Positions 19,646 through 30,581 of a stretch of DNA of 64,000 nucleotides are shown piece after piece (within the stretch, counting starts at the first letter, position 1; every line of letters starts with the position of its first letter). Position numbers and translations under genes: made by a program. The notes under the pieces are model-generated. The model worked only from the letters and a program-made list of their open reading frames with translations. It had not been told where the DNA came from and did no database searches. Origin of the DNA: Acholeplasma sp. (GTDB lineage: Bacteria; Bacillota_I; Bacilli_A; Acholeplasmatales; UBA5453); assembly GCA_036677365.1 (NCBI GenBank), contig JAVBWN010000031.1, forward strand, positions 12,975-76,974, given 5' to 3'.

Positions 19646-20602
19646 TTATTCAAATAACAGATTTGTAAATGGGGTCAATGAAATCCTTAAGCTTTCATCG
19701 ATGGTTTCTAGGACTTGTACATAAATCTTTTTATCGAACTGAACCCCCATAAACTGATTGAAGTGCAGGTTTATCGATTTAGTTGTTAGCATCAAAGTAT
19801 CGATCAATCCCTCTTTCACGCTGACAACGATTTGTTTGTCTTCAAACGCTTTTTTAATTTCAAAGTTTGGGGATTCCCCATACGTCCAAGCCCAAGTATG
19901 ATACTTATTTTGTTTCAAGTCTTCAATGGCTTTTAAATCTGCTTTTGTGAGCACGATCACATGGGGTAGGGTATCATCGGTATTCAACCAAAAATTCAAT
20001 AATTTTGATTTAAATGCCTCGATGGTTAATTGTGGATTTAAGTGGGTCACGATATTGGTCACCCTACTACGATTCGAATCCACACCAATACTGTCAATGT
20101 CCTCTGATTTTGGTTTTAAGACTTTAGTTAAAGTGTCTAATTTTGTATTGAACAAAATGGTCCCGTGGTGTAACAACTTTTTTTGATGATACATTTGAGC
20201 ATTCCCACTGAATTTTTCTTTGCCGACGACCAAATCGCTTTTTCCACTGAATTTCGCATCCACACCAAGACTTTGTAAGAAATCGATGACGGGTTGTGTG
20301 AATACTTGATAATTTTTTAAGACACCTTGATAATGCTTTGAAATGATGGAAAAGTTCAAATTGCCCAAATCATGATAGACTGTTCCACCGCCGGATATTC
20401 GCCTTAGGACGGGGATACCGTGTGTTTCACAATAACCCACATTGACCTCACCATAAACCACTTGGTTTCTGCCCACAATGACCGATGGTCCATTGACCCA
20501 CAGTAAAAGGATGTCCTCATCACAGTCGATGTTTTTGAGTACATATTCTTCTAATGCGAGATTAAAATAGGGGTCAACACAGGCATTTAGGATGGTCTTC
20601 AT
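19646..20602 (-). CDS. lplA: Lipoate-protein ligase A
   Basis: DPYFNLALEE, RRISGGGTVYHDLGN, KFSGNAQ, HHGT. Confidence 0.93.
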   Translation of the reverse strand: MKTILNACVDPYFNLALEEYVLKNIDCDEDILLLWVNGPSVIVGRNQVVYGEVNVGYCETHGIPVLRRISGGGTVYHDLGNLNFSIISKHYQGVLKNYQVFTQPVIDFLQSLGVDAKFSGKSDLVVGKEKFSGNAQMYHQKKLLHHGTILFNTKLDTLTKVLKPKSEDIDSIGVDSNRSRVTNIVTHLNPQLTIEAFKSKLLNFWLNTDDTLPHVIVLTKADLKAIEDLKQNKYHTWAWTYGESPNFEIKKAFEDKQIVVSVKEGLIDTLMLTTKSINLHFNQFMGVQFDKKIYVQVLETIDESLRISLTPFTNLLFE

Positions 20603-20620
20603 GGGTTACCTAATTTATAC

Positions 20621-22414
20621 TTATTTTTTAGAATGAATGATATCTTCAATGATACCAGAGATTTCTTCAATGACTTCGGTTAATACTTGATCAGTGGTTA
20701 AATCCACACCCACCATCTTTGCGAGGTCGAGTGGGGTCTTCGTACCGCCCGCTTTTAAGACTTCAATCCACGCTTGTGGCGCGATTTGTTTGTCTTGAAT
20801 CATGCGAGATACTTTCGTGCCCAATGTGAGTCCTGCAGAGTAGGTATATGGGTATAAGCCCATGAAATAATGGGGTTGTCTCATCCATGTAAGTCCAGCC
20901 CAATCGGGAATTTCTACCGCGTCTCCCCAAAACTGTCTTAAAACACCGAGTTTGATGTTGTTTAAGATATTGGCGGATAGTGGTTGTTTTTGATCGACCC
21001 TCGTATAGACTTCTCTTTGGAAGGCCGCTTCTAATAAATGGGTTACGAAATTATGATAATACGTTCTTGAGATCATGACGGATTTAATCCAAGTCTTTTC
21101 TCGTTCTGTTTTTGCTTGTTGAATCAAATGATTCGCCATCAACAACTCATTGGTGGTGGATGGGGCTTCAATGAAATACATCGAAGGACGGGTATTTAAA
21201 ATCTTTTGGTTACTATTGGCGTATTGGAAATGACCGGCATGGCCAAGTTCATGGGCTAAGACCATGACTTCATCCATTTGACCGTTCCAGTTAATCAGGA
21301 TATACGAAGAAGCGCCATAAGGGGAGGAACAGAAACCACCCGTAGATTTACCTTGGTTTTGTGGGAAGTCAATCCAACGTTCTTCAAATGCACGTTTGAC
21401 AATCTCATTGTATTCTGGTCCTAAAATCGATAACCCTTCAATACACAACTGTTTGGAAGCTTCAATCGATACTTTTGGTTCAAAGGTTGGGTCAACGGCG
21501 ATTTTTAAATCCGCATAAGTCATTTTGTCTAACCCATGGATATCTTTTAATAATAACGCGTACTTACGCATCGCAGGTGCGAGTTTGGTCATGATGCCAT
21601 CGATTTGACGATCCATAAAATCTTTAGACACCTTTTGGCCATCGAGTAAATAATCAAAGACACTTGGATAACCTCTGAGTTCGGATAGAATCTTCTCTTT
21701 TTGAACATGGGCTTGGTAGTTATTTGAGAACCCATGTTGGTATTCAGCCAACTTTTGATAGAAGGTTTCATAGGCTTTTCGACGAACTTCAGTCTTTTCT
21801 TCATATTCATACTCATTTTCAAATAACGTAAATGAGTTTGGATAAGTCACGCCATCGACATCAAAGTCATTGAATTTCATATCGGCGAGTTTAAAGCGGT
21901 TATAGTTCATATACGCTGCATTGAGTACTGGCGATAAAGCCACCAACGTCTTTTCAACTTCAGGGATCAATGTATGTTTCTTATCTTCGATGATTTCTTC
22001 TAAGAAATAACGGTTATCTTCACTGAGTTTAGATGCTTCTAATAACAGTTCATCGGAACATTGTTTTAATTCATTGGTGAAAAAAGCCATCTTTTTTGAG
22101 ATGCTTTGGAAACGCATCATGGCTTTCCCTTGACGCATTTGGTTTTCCTCAGAAATCGAATCGGTAGAAGATTGTAAGGACCCATATGCCCCTATACGAG
22201 ACAATCGACCTTGAATGTCTTGGAAGTCATTCAATGACGCGTTGATTTGTGCCTGATCCTTCAGTTTTTGTTCGTAGTTCTTACAAAATTGGTCGACGTC
22301 TTGTTCGACTTGATCAAATGCTTCTAAATACAGTGTTTCTGTTTTGAATAAATTCGCCATGTCCCAAGTATGTTCAATGTTCAGTTCATGACGTTTAGGT
22401 AATTGCTTTTTCAT
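20621..22414 (-). CDS. pepF: Oligoendopeptidase F (M3B)
   Basis: LAHELGHAGH zinc motif, AEAPST-like FIEAPST, WMRQPHY. Confidence 0.9.
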   Translation of the reverse strand: MKKQLPKRHELNIEHTWDMANLFKTETLYLEAFDQVEQDVDQFCKNYEQKLKDQAQINASLNDFQDIQGRLSRIGAYGSLQSSTDSISEENQMRQGKAMMRFQSISKKMAFFTNELKQCSDELLLEASKLSEDNRYFLEEIIEDKKHTLIPEVEKTLVALSPVLNAAYMNYNRFKLADMKFNDFDVDGVTYPNSFTLFENEYEYEEKTEVRRKAYETFYQKLAEYQHGFSNNYQAHVQKEKILSELRGYPSVFDYLLDGQKVSKDFMDRQIDGIMTKLAPAMRKYALLLKDIHGLDKMTYADLKIAVDPTFEPKVSIEASKQLCIEGLSILGPEYNEIVKRAFEERWIDFPQNQGKSTGGFCSSPYGASSYILINWNGQMDEVMVLAHELGHAGHFQYANSNQKILNTRPSMYFIEAPSTTNELLMANHLIQQAKTEREKTWIKSVMISRTYYHNFVTHLLEAAFQREVYTRVDQKQPLSANILNNIKLGVLRQFWGDAVEIPDWAGLTWMRQPHYFMGLYPYTYSAGLTLGTKVSRMIQDKQIAPQAWIEVLKAGGTKTPLDLAKMVGVDLTTDQVLTEVIEEISGIIEDIIHSKK

Positions 22415-22543
22415 ATGATCGCCCCTTTTGAAAAGATTATAACATAGCTCGGTAATTGAATTATAAGAATCCTCATTTATAAGACAAAAAACATCCCAAA
22501 AGATGAACCATTGTCTCTCATGGGATGATTTCAGTATTTGCAA

Positions 22544-22984
22544 TTATTTTTTTAATGACTCTAACAATTCGTTCAATCGTTTTTGTAAAGTCTCAGGTTT
22601 TTTCGCATCTAAAACCTTACGAACCATTTCTTTTCGATTGGAATAAGCGGTTTGATTGAATGATTCTATCAGTTGGTGTTCATTGAGAAATGTCATCAAA
22701 AACTCAGGGATTTCAACCTCTCTGCGCCCTTCAATGAGTGTCAAGATGACAGTGATGGTATCTCCCCCATGAATACCCGTTTTTTCACGGTGTTCTTTCG
22801 ATAGTGGGATTAAGTATTTGCCATTCATAACAGCGATGGTTGATGGGTATTCGTAGGTACCAATCGTCACCAGTACTGGGGGTTTTTTGGATGATCCTAA
22901 TGCTTCAAGATGTGCTACAGGTACCTCAATGTCTGTGTTGTTTCCAAAAGAAAAAACAGTGGTTTCAAATTGAGTTTTCGTCAT
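22544..22984 (-). CDS. DUF1905 / YdeI-OmpD-associated family protein
   Basis: PPVLVTI...STIAVMNG...IPLSKEHRE; C-terminal AKKPETLQKR. Confidence 0.75.
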   Translation of the reverse strand: MTKTQFETTVFSFGNNTDIEVPVAHLEALGSSKKPPVLVTIGTYEYPSTIAVMNGKYLIPLSKEHREKTGIHGGDTITVILTLIEGRREVEIPEFLMTFLNEHQLIESFNQTAYSNRKEMVRKVLDAKKPETLQKRLNELLESLKK

Positions 22985-22999
22985 AGTTTTTCCTTTCAA

Positions 23000-23350
23000 T
23001 CAAAATAGTTGTCTGAGTTCAATTTGGCCTTCGCCATCGCCTTGTGGGTCTGGTGCCTTTTTCGCCCAGTATATCGCTTCTTCTTTGGATTTAACATCGA
23101 TTAAGAAAAAACCAGCCACAAGTGTGTTGGGGTTGTCAAAAGGTCCTTCAGTAATCACTGGTGGTTCACCAGGGTTAATAAATGAAAAACGCATCCCATT
23201 CGAACTCGGTTGTAGCCCTTTAGCCATCACACGAACACCAGCAGCTTCGAGTTCATCGTTGTATTGGTCCATCGCAATCCTGAGTGCTTTATTGGGTAGG
23301 TTCGCACCTTCTGAATTTCTTGAAGCTTTGATGATCATCATAAATAGCAT
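23000..23350 (-). CDS. YciI/YCII-related protein
   Basis: GLQPSS...TEGPF...VAGFFLIDVKSKEEAI.WA...IELRQL. Confidence 0.85.
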   Translation of the reverse strand: MLFMMIIKASRNSEGANLPNKALRIAMDQYNDELEAAGVRVMAKGLQPSSNGMRFSFINPGEPPVITEGPFDNPNTLVAGFFLIDVKSKEEAIYWAKKAPDPQGDGEGQIELRQLF

Positions 23351-23630
23351 TTTTTTGTACCTCTTTTTAAAAAATTGTAACACAACTGAAACTGTATAAT
23401 CATCCCTTACGCTTCACTTTATACCGATCCAATATATAAAACACAAAGATAGTTGGGATTAATATCGCTGTTGTAATTTGATATATGCGACCATGATAAT
23501 AGTTTGAAATCCATTCTTGGCGAGTTACTAGGATAATTGTGCCTAAACTATTAATATCATTATGGATTGGTTATTTCATATTACATGATGTCATTGATTG
23601 AAAAATCTTATACTTTTTATTCGTAGATAT

Positions 23631-23663
23631 AAAAGGTGTTGTCTGGGGAGGACAACACCTTTT
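23631..23663. terminator. Intrinsic terminator
   Basis: AAAAGGTGTTGTC...GACAACACCTTTT. Confidence 0.75.
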
Positions 23664-23713
23664 TAGATGACTCTAAAAATCTTTTCATGCATGCATAGAG
23701 AAAGATTCAAATA

Positions 23714-26700
23714 TTAATTAGTTTTTTTCGAAACCATTGCCAATAAACTATGACGATACTTATAAGTCACAAGTCCAATGGGTAGTAATAATACTAAGAA
23801 CCACCATGCCCAACTAGCATTGGATGATTTTTCATATACCAAAACAAAGTTAGAAAATTGATTTGTTTCGAAAGTAATGGTCTGAAGTTTTTCATCATAT
23901 GTACAATCCAGCATTTCTACTTGTCCATCGTGTATACGAATTATTTGATAATTTTTATGACCTTGTTCTAATTCTCCCAATTGTAAGGTAATTTGGACAT
24001 TTTGTGTTAAATCAGTAATCAAAATATCACTTTGTCCTTCGACCTTGATGATAACACTGATGTCCATAACGGCGTATTGTTGATGCTTTGTGAGTTGTGA
24101 CTGAATGAGTTCTATGAGGTCTAAATTAACTTCTGTGGTGTGTTTACGAACGAATTGAATCATAATTTCACCATTCATGTTTTCAACCATGGTTAAATCG
24201 ATTGCTTCAAGTAATCCTGTCATCTCAAGATCAGTATTCCCCATATCTATGGTTGAAACTTTAATCCAGCAGGCTTCTATGGTCATATCACCTGCTGGCA
24301 TCATGGATGGTACATTTTGATTCCATCCATTAAACAGATGGCCAGTTTTAGTTGGGTTTGTAGGTAATACAATGGCTGATCCATATGTTTGTATCAGTGG
24401 TTCTACCATATTTCCACCTTTGGTGTCAAAAGTGATTGTATAAGTATTGATTGACCATTTGGCGTAAAGTGTGATGTCTTCCGCAGGCATCGTATCAAAT
24501 GTATATGCACTGCTCAACGCTTCATCACTATACCATCCACCAAAGGTGTATCCCAGTTTGGTAGGGTTGGCTGGTTGACTTATATTTGAGCCATAAGCTT
24601 GTGAAATAGTGGATATTGCACTGCCTAAATTACTGTTGAACGCGATGTTGTAAGTATTGATCGACCACTTCGCGTATAGGGTGATGTCTTCAGCTGGCAT
24701 CGTATCAAATGTATACGCACTGCTCAACGCTTCATCACTATACCATCCAACAAAGGTATATCCCAGTTTGGTAGGGTTGGCTGGTTGATTCACGCTAGAA
24801 CCATAAGCTTGTGAGATGCTTGAAACAGCACTACCAGCGTTACTGTTAAATGTGATGTTGTAAGTATTGATCGTCCATTTGGCGTAAAGTGTGATGTCTT
24901 CCGCAGGCATCGTATCAAAAGTGTATGCACTGCTCAACGCTTCATCGCTATACCATCCACCAAAGGTGTATCCTGGTTTGGTAGGGTTGGCTGGTTGATT
25001 CACGCTAGAACCATAAGCTTGTGAAATAGTGGATATCACACTGCCTAAATTACTATTAAATGTGATGTTATACGTATTGATCGACCACTTCGCGTATAGG
25101 GTGATGTCTTCAGCTGGCATCGTATCAAAAGTGTATGCAATGCTCAACGCTTCATCACTATACCATCCAACAAAGGTGTATCCCAGTTTGGTAGGGTTGG
25201 CTGGTTGATTCACGCTAGAACCATAAGCTTGTGAAATAGTAGATACGGCACTACCAGTGTTACTATTGAAGGTGATGGAAACGAATTCTACTGTCCATTT
25301 TGCCCAGTACGTTTTCGCACCAACATCGTTCAATGAAATCCACTGGACGGTTTGACCTGTTAGTTCTTCATTATCATACCAACCTTCAAATACATACCCC
25401 ACTCTTACGATTTTTTGATTGTTCGGTAAGGTTAAACCTACCCCTTCGGTATACGTTTGTGGTAAGTCATAACCAAGAATGGTATTCCCACCGTTTAAGT
25501 TAAACGTAATAACTGAATTGACAGCTGTCAAAATCATGAATTCTGCATAAACAGATTGAGTACTGGTTATATTAGTCAATGTAACGGTTGATACTGCACC
25601 GATACTTACACCATTGACTTTGACATCTTTAATTTGATACCCCAGATTTGGCGTTATTGTATAGGTCAAGCTGCTCCCGTTTGAAACCACGGTGTAGCCT
25701 TTTGGACTGATGGTCCCTTGTACATCACTATTGGCATAAACAGCGATGTCAGATGGTAATATTTTTTCGAACGTGACATCGATTTGTGTATCACTGGTGA
25801 TCCCTGAAACACTGTAATTGTGATTGACGATGTCCATTTTTTTATCTTCGCCATTGACGGTAAATGTCGCAACTTTATAACCATTCATCGGGATAATTTG
25901 ATAATTTTGAACTGTCCCGTCATAAATGATACTGCCCAAAGGGTAAATCGTACCATTGTCACCCGACGTGGATAAAATCGTGTGTTGTGTGACACCACCC
26001 CATTTGGCATAAAAGACTTGATTATCGAAAGTTGTCGCATCGATTTCAGTGATTTCATCACCAGAAAGCATCGCATTATCATACCAACCTTCAAATGTCT
26101 TTTCTGCCCATACAGGTATCGGTAGTGTGACCGTATCCCCATATGTATAAGCCGTTTGAACTGAAGTGTTGAATGACCCACCATTCGTCCAATAATCTAT
26201 TTTATACGTAGATTTGGTCCAAATAGCATAAATTGTTTGATTTGAACTTAGCGTTAAGATGTCTTTTGGTAAATACGTTGTCCCTAAACCATCTGGACTT
26301 GTATTCCAATGAGAAAAGGTATGTCCCGTTTTTGTAAACATAGGCTCACTCACACTGATTTTATCTACCACTGAAATGTTTGAAGTTTCATTGGTACCAT
26401 GGTTAGCGTCGTAAGTGAGTGTTTTTAAATCCGCTGTGACATACTTCAACTCACCATTGCTGGTATTGTACGCAACAGCTTGGGTGATGTTATCAGCGAA
26501 AAATATTTTGTTGACATCCTCATGGGTATTCCCACTGGTGGTGTAATTGGATGTGAGTTGTTCACCAGCACCACCCCATAAGCCAATCGATGCGTAATTT
26601 CTAACCCCAGCTACTTCTGTATACAACTCACCCAATATTTTGATTGAATTTACAGATTCAGTGGAATAGCTTAAGTTCGTCGATATATATTGATTTGTAT

Positions 26701-27754
26701 AATAGTCATAATAGTGATTATTGACAATTCTAGGGGCACCAGATAAAGAAACAATAGATGCGCCATTGCCCACATTATCGGTTGCGACCCCTGCACCACC
26801 AACGAACATCGAACTGGTATTTGAATAGTTATACGCTGTATCAAATGCATAGTTGTCTTCGATGATACCGCCATAAATATTGACACGAGCAGGCATGTAA
26901 CTTGAACCAAATAAATAAATCCCAGCGCCGCCATATCGGCTACTATTCCCAACAATTTGACCTTGATGAAGGTTAAAAGTCCCCCCGTCCATTACCCCTA
27001 CTGTGCCACTACGTTGTCTTTTGCCACCCCATTGTGATAAAGCAGTTGATGTATTGCCACTGAGTGTTCCACCGTATAAGTTCACTGTACCACCGGTGTT
27101 TCCAACCAAAATAGCAGACCCACCTCCGGTATAGTTAAAGTTGGATTTTAAGTCTGTCTTAGTTGCATACTTATGACCACCGGTGATGATACCTCCAACG
27201 ATTACACCGTCACCAATGTCATTAAAATCGTAATACCTTTGGAATAGTTTCTGATCATAATCGATGCTATTGTAATAGATATCTTGTGTGGCGGTTGCCT
27301 CAACCTCTTTGATTTTATAGTTGTGTACTTTATTGCTCGTATCACAGTCATAAATGTTCAATGTCCCACCAGTAACTGTGAAAATGCTTTGATCTGAATT
27401 TAATGCCCCCCAAAGGATATTACCATTCAAATCAATATTCACCACACCACTGGAAATAGCAATGTTGGTGTTGAGGGTTACATTACCATCCAAGTAATAA
27501 TTCCCACTCGAAATCACCCCACCGCTGCTTGGCAGTGGTATCCAATCATTGATATCACCACATGTGCTCGAATAACTCAACGGTGAAGCGACTATCGTTT
27601 CATTCGCTTGTGGTTCATTGAACGCGTTTTCTATGCTTTGTAATGGATTCAAATTGAAATCCACCATACCGAGTTGAATAACCCATAAAAAAACGAATAA
27701 AGCAATCATCCAAAATATGTTTTTGTTCGTATGTCTTGTGTTGTTATAATTCAT
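23714..27754 (-). CDS. Large surface protein with InlB B/Listeria-Bacteroides (Flg_new) repeats and a C-terminal membrane anchor
   Basis: N-terminal TM, beta-helix-like Gly/Asn-rich region, many PTKxGYTFxGW...LYAKW repeats, C-terminal WAWWFLVLLL TM; SD GGGAG before ATG 27754. Confidence 0.85.
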   Translation of the reverse strand: MNYNNTRHTNKNIFWMIALFVFLWVIQLGMVDFNLNPLQSIENAFNEPQANETIVASPLSYSSTCGDINDWIPLPSSGGVISSGNYYLDGNVTLNTNIAISSGVVNIDLNGNILWGALNSDQSIFTVTGGTLNIYDCDTSNKVHNYKIKEVEATATQDIYYNSIDYDQKLFQRYYDFNDIGDGVIVGGIITGGHKYATKTDLKSNFNYTGGGSAILVGNTGGTVNLYGGTLSGNTSTALSQWGGKRQRSGTVGVMDGGTFNLHQGQIVGNSSRYGGAGIYLFGSSYMPARVNIYGGIIEDNYAFDTAYNYSNTSSMFVGGAGVATDNVGNGASIVSLSGAPRIVNNHYYDYYTNQYISTNLSYSTESVNSIKILGELYTEVAGVRNYASIGLWGGAGEQLTSNYTTSGNTHEDVNKIFFADNITQAVAYNTSNGELKYVTADLKTLTYDANHGTNETSNISVVDKISVSEPMFTKTGHTFSHWNTSPDGLGTTYLPKDILTLSSNQTIYAIWTKSTYKIDYWTNGGSFNTSVQTAYTYGDTVTLPIPVWAEKTFEGWYDNAMLSGDEITEIDATTFDNQVFYAKWGGVTQHTILSTSGDNGTIYPLGSIIYDGTVQNYQIIPMNGYKVATFTVNGEDKKMDIVNHNYSVSGITSDTQIDVTFEKILPSDIAVYANSDVQGTISPKGYTVVSNGSSLTYTITPNLGYQIKDVKVNGVSIGAVSTVTLTNITSTQSVYAEFMILTAVNSVITFNLNGGNTILGYDLPQTYTEGVGLTLPNNQKIVRVGYVFEGWYDNEELTGQTVQWISLNDVGAKTYWAKWTVEFVSITFNSNTGSAVSTISQAYGSSVNQPANPTKLGYTFVGWYSDEALSIAYTFDTMPAEDITLYAKWSINTYNITFNSNLGSVISTISQAYGSSVNQPANPTKPGYTFGGWYSDEALSSAYTFDTMPAEDITLYAKWTINTYNITFNSNAGSAVSSISQAYGSSVNQPANPTKLGYTFVGWYSDEALSSAYTFDTMPAEDITLYAKWSINTYNIAFNSNLGSAISTISQAYGSNISQPANPTKLGYTFGGWYSDEALSSAYTFDTMPAEDITLYAKWSINTYTITFDTKGGNMVEPLIQTYGSAIVLPTNPTKTGHLFNGWNQNVPSMMPAGDMTIEACWIKVSTIDMGNTDLEMTGLLEAIDLTMVENMNGEIMIQFVRKHTTEVNLDLIELIQSQLTKHQQYAVMDISVIIKVEGQSDILITDLTQNVQITLQLGELEQGHKNYQIIRIHDGQVEMLDCTYDEKLQTITFETNQFSNFVLVYEKSSNASWAWWFLVLLLPIGLVTYKYRHSLLAMVSKKTN
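24440..25275. repeat. Four 210-bp tandem coding repeats (A-B-A-B)
   Basis: Equivalent positions at 24461, 24671, 24881 and 25091. Confidence 0.9.
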
Positions 27755-27959
27755 TTGATTTTCTCCCTTTGCTATTAAAATGATAATGACATATGCCAGT
27801 GTGTTGATTCTTCTCAAAATCACTAAATTTGCAGAAAGCACATAACTTTACTGCCACTAAACTACCTTCTTTGGGTGCATAAAATGCACAACTATCCAAT
27901 ACTTTAACGATGATGGTTTCAATGTTTTTCTCGACTGCGTTGGTATGATCTACTTCCAC
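27744..27959 (-). CDS. Small Cys-rich protein (71 aa)
   Basis: Strong SD AAGGAGGT before GTG; pattern C-AFY...CAFC...GICHYH; overlaps the start of the surface-protein gene. Confidence 0.7.
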   Translation of the reverse strand: MEVDHTNAVEKNIETIIVKVLDSCAFYAPKEGSLVAVKLCAFCKFSDFEKNQHTGICHYHFNSKGRKSNEL

Positions 27960-28034
27960 ACGTTACCTCCTTATGAATTGTTTGTTTTGGTGGTTCAATT
28001 ATATACAATCATCGAATCATCAAAGATTGAGTTG

Positions 28035-28067
28035 GTATCAAATGTCGGTATTTTTGCATCAAACGAC
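28035..28067 (-). promoter_or_regulatory. LytTR-type direct-repeat binding site
   Basis: GTCGTTTGATGC and GACATTTGATAC (minus strand) with a 21-bp period, upstream of TATAAT at 27998-28003. Confidence 0.6.
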
Positions 28068-28111
28068 AAAAAAATCCCTAGATGCCATCTAGAGATTGAT
28101 TATAAAATTAC

Positions 28112-29398
28112 TTAATTTTGTTTCGGGAATATGATGCGCGTGCTAAATTCACTTTTATTCTGTTTGAATTCAACCATCCCACCATACTTTTGAACAATGT
28201 GTTTAACGCTGATTGCCCCTGTGCCACCACCGGTTTTTGTGGTGATTGGTAACCCATCGGTAAACTCAACGAAACCTTCCATGCTATTGACAATTTCTAT
28301 GAGGATACTCTCGTTTTCAAGGCAAGATTTATACGTGATGTAGCGGTCATCGAACATGCAGTTTTTGGCAGCGATGAATGCATTTTCCAATAGATTGGAT
28401 AATACAACACCGAGATCAGGGAGTTGATTATTCAATAAATGGTCTGCTTCAGATTGAACCTTGAATACGATGTGATATTCTTTGGACCGTCTGTCATATA
28501 TCCTGAATACCGCATTCGCAATCGGGTTTTTGGAGTAATCTTTGATGCTGTGTTCTTTGATATTATCATCATATAACTTCAGATAGTGCAGTGCACTTTC
28601 GACCTCACCACGATTTAAATACTCAAGCAAAATCGAATTGTGATGTCTGATGTCGTGTCGGGTTTGTTTGGCCGCATTCAATGTTGATTCATACGATTCA
28701 ATCTCACTTCTTAGAAGCAATTCATTGGCCTGGCGTTTGATGTTTTCTTCTCTAAACTGATATTTTGTTCTTAAACTCTTCAAAGAAAAAATGATTGCAC
28801 TATACTCGAGTAATGTAATCAAACATAGCAAATAAAAATAGATCATATTGGCTTGCATTGAACTTTGAATTTCACCGAGTGACAACAAAATGTAGAGATA
28901 ACTGATTAAAATGCCGGTGATTGGGAGTAAAAATGCCCCCCAGTTCTCAGAGACATCTAAATACAAGGGTCGAATGATTTTCTTAACTATCACGATGGTA
29001 ATGGAGAAAAACAAGATTCTAATGATGGTATTTACATAAGCTGGGTATGGAAAAACCCTAGAAATAAAATAACTCGAAATAACGACCATCGCGTAAATGA
29101 TGAGTACAGTAACACTATTAAAAAGCCATTGATAGAGCCGATCCTTGAGTATAAACTGATAACCAAAGATAATCATTAAATACGAGAATAATGAATAATA
29201 CAGTACAAATGTATAGTTTTTTGTGTAATAAAAAGGGATACAAATCATTAAATCAACGACAACCACAGACAATACAATCCACGCATGTGTCTTTGGACTG
29301 ATTTTTGTTTTTGACAAGATTGGTAATAAAAGTAAGATACTGATGGCTGTGATGCTACCCCGCAAGAGGTCTGGAAAAATCTCTAGAAATATCGTCAT
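28112..29398 (-). CDS. AgrC-like membrane GHKL histidine kinase
   Basis: Multiple TMs, RHDIRHH H-box, SNLLENAF, TTK.GGGTG. Confidence 0.9.
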   Translation of the reverse strand: MTIFLEIFPDLLRGSITAISILLLLPILSKTKISPKTHAWIVLSVVVVDLMICIPFYYTKNYTFVLYYSLFSYLMIIFGYQFILKDRLYQWLFNSVTVLIIYAMVVISSYFISRVFPYPAYVNTIIRILFFSITIVIVKKIIRPLYLDVSENWGAFLLPITGILISYLYILLSLGEIQSSMQANMIYFYLLCLITLLEYSAIIFSLKSLRTKYQFREENIKRQANELLLRSEIESYESTLNAAKQTRHDIRHHNSILLEYLNRGEVESALHYLKLYDDNIKEHSIKDYSKNPIANAVFRIYDRRSKEYHIVFKVQSEADHLLNNQLPDLGVVLSNLLENAFIAAKNCMFDDRYITYKSCLENESILIEIVNSMEGFVEFTDGLPITTKTGGGTGAISVKHIVQKYGGMVEFKQNKSEFSTRIIFPKQN

Positions 29399-30123
29399 TG
29401 TCGCCCCTTAAACATATAATCAAAATAGGTTTGTTTTATAGAATTGAACGTTCTTCGTGGAATGGGTATATGGATACCACGCTTCAGCACGATACAGTCA
29501 TTTTGGATTGAAGCGATGGCATGTTGATTTACGATAAAGCCTTTATAGGGTCGGATGAATTGCTCCGGTGACACTTGATTGAGTCGATTAAAAAGTTCAG
29601 TTAACGTTTGGACAGTTTCGATAGGCGCACCATCAAAGCGAAAAACAAATTGATGGTGTGCATTGGACTCGATATGACTGATACTATCCAAGTCAATGGT
29701 TTGAACGACCCCTTTTGTACCTTTGAATTGAATCACCTTTTTCTGACTTCGATCCATATTTGAAAGAGCGCGGTTCATGGCTTCGATAAAGACATCTTGC
29801 TTAAATGGTTTCAAGAGATAGTGCGTCGCTTTGACTTCAAATGCATCGACTGCGAATTCATTGGATGTGGTTAGGAAAATAATTTCTGTTTTATCTTGTT
29901 TCATTCGAATTTCTCTCGCGATGTCCGTGCCCAATACGCCAGGCATAACGATATCTAGGAGAACCATATCGTACTTTTTTTTATCATAGGCATCGAGAAA
30001 ATCGAATGCATGATGAAATGTCTCAATGTCAACCATTAAGTTTTTTGATTGAAAATATTCAATTGTCGCTTTCTTGATGATTTCAACTTCTTGAGTTAAA
30101 TCATCGCATATGGCTATTCTCAT
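29395..30123 (-). CDS. LytTR family response regulator
   Basis: IAICDD, LDIVMP, HYLLKP receiver motifs; FIRPYKGFIVN LytTR motif. Confidence 0.93.
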   Translation of the reverse strand: MRIAICDDLTQEVEIIKKATIEYFQSKNLMVDIETFHHAFDFLDAYDKKKYDMVLLDIVMPGVLGTDIAREIRMKQDKTEIIFLTTSNEFAVDAFEVKATHYLLKPFKQDVFIEAMNRALSNMDRSQKKVIQFKGTKGVVQTIDLDSISHIESNAHHQFVFRFDGAPIETVQTLTELFNRLNQVSPEQFIRPYKGFIVNQHAIASIQNDCIVLKRGIHIPIPRRTFNSIKQTYFDYMFKGRQ

Positions 30124-30581
30124 TCAATACCATCTTTCTAAAAATGATCACTTCAATTATACTATGTAATGGTTGTTTTATTTCACAATTTCATCATTGA
30201 ATCCTAATATTATACGGATTTGATGATGATTATTTCATGAATGTCTATCGAATGTATTCAACCAAAATCATGGTGCTTACAAACAGTCTTTTTTCGCCTT
30301 CAAATGCCTTTTCCCATTTTAAAAAGGTCCGATACGCATTGTATCAGACCTGAGAATTATGGGTGATTTTAGTGAAGACGAAACCATCTATACTAGATAC
30401 CCATACTGCTTTTGAAGTATGTTTGATGATTTTGACAACCATTCACCGAAATGATATCGATCAAAAAAGACTGATTTGGTCATTCATCCATTCGATCCGA
30501 TCCGTTAAAAATACTACTAAGAATTGAACTTGTTTTCGAAAATATTCTATGTAGAGTAACTGAAACACTTCATGCACCAAA

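Noticed and set aside
27744..27959. AgrD autoinducer precursor (SCAFYAPKE)
   Set aside because: Too long, has additional CxxC/CxxH residues, lacks an amphipathic leader, and no agrB is present
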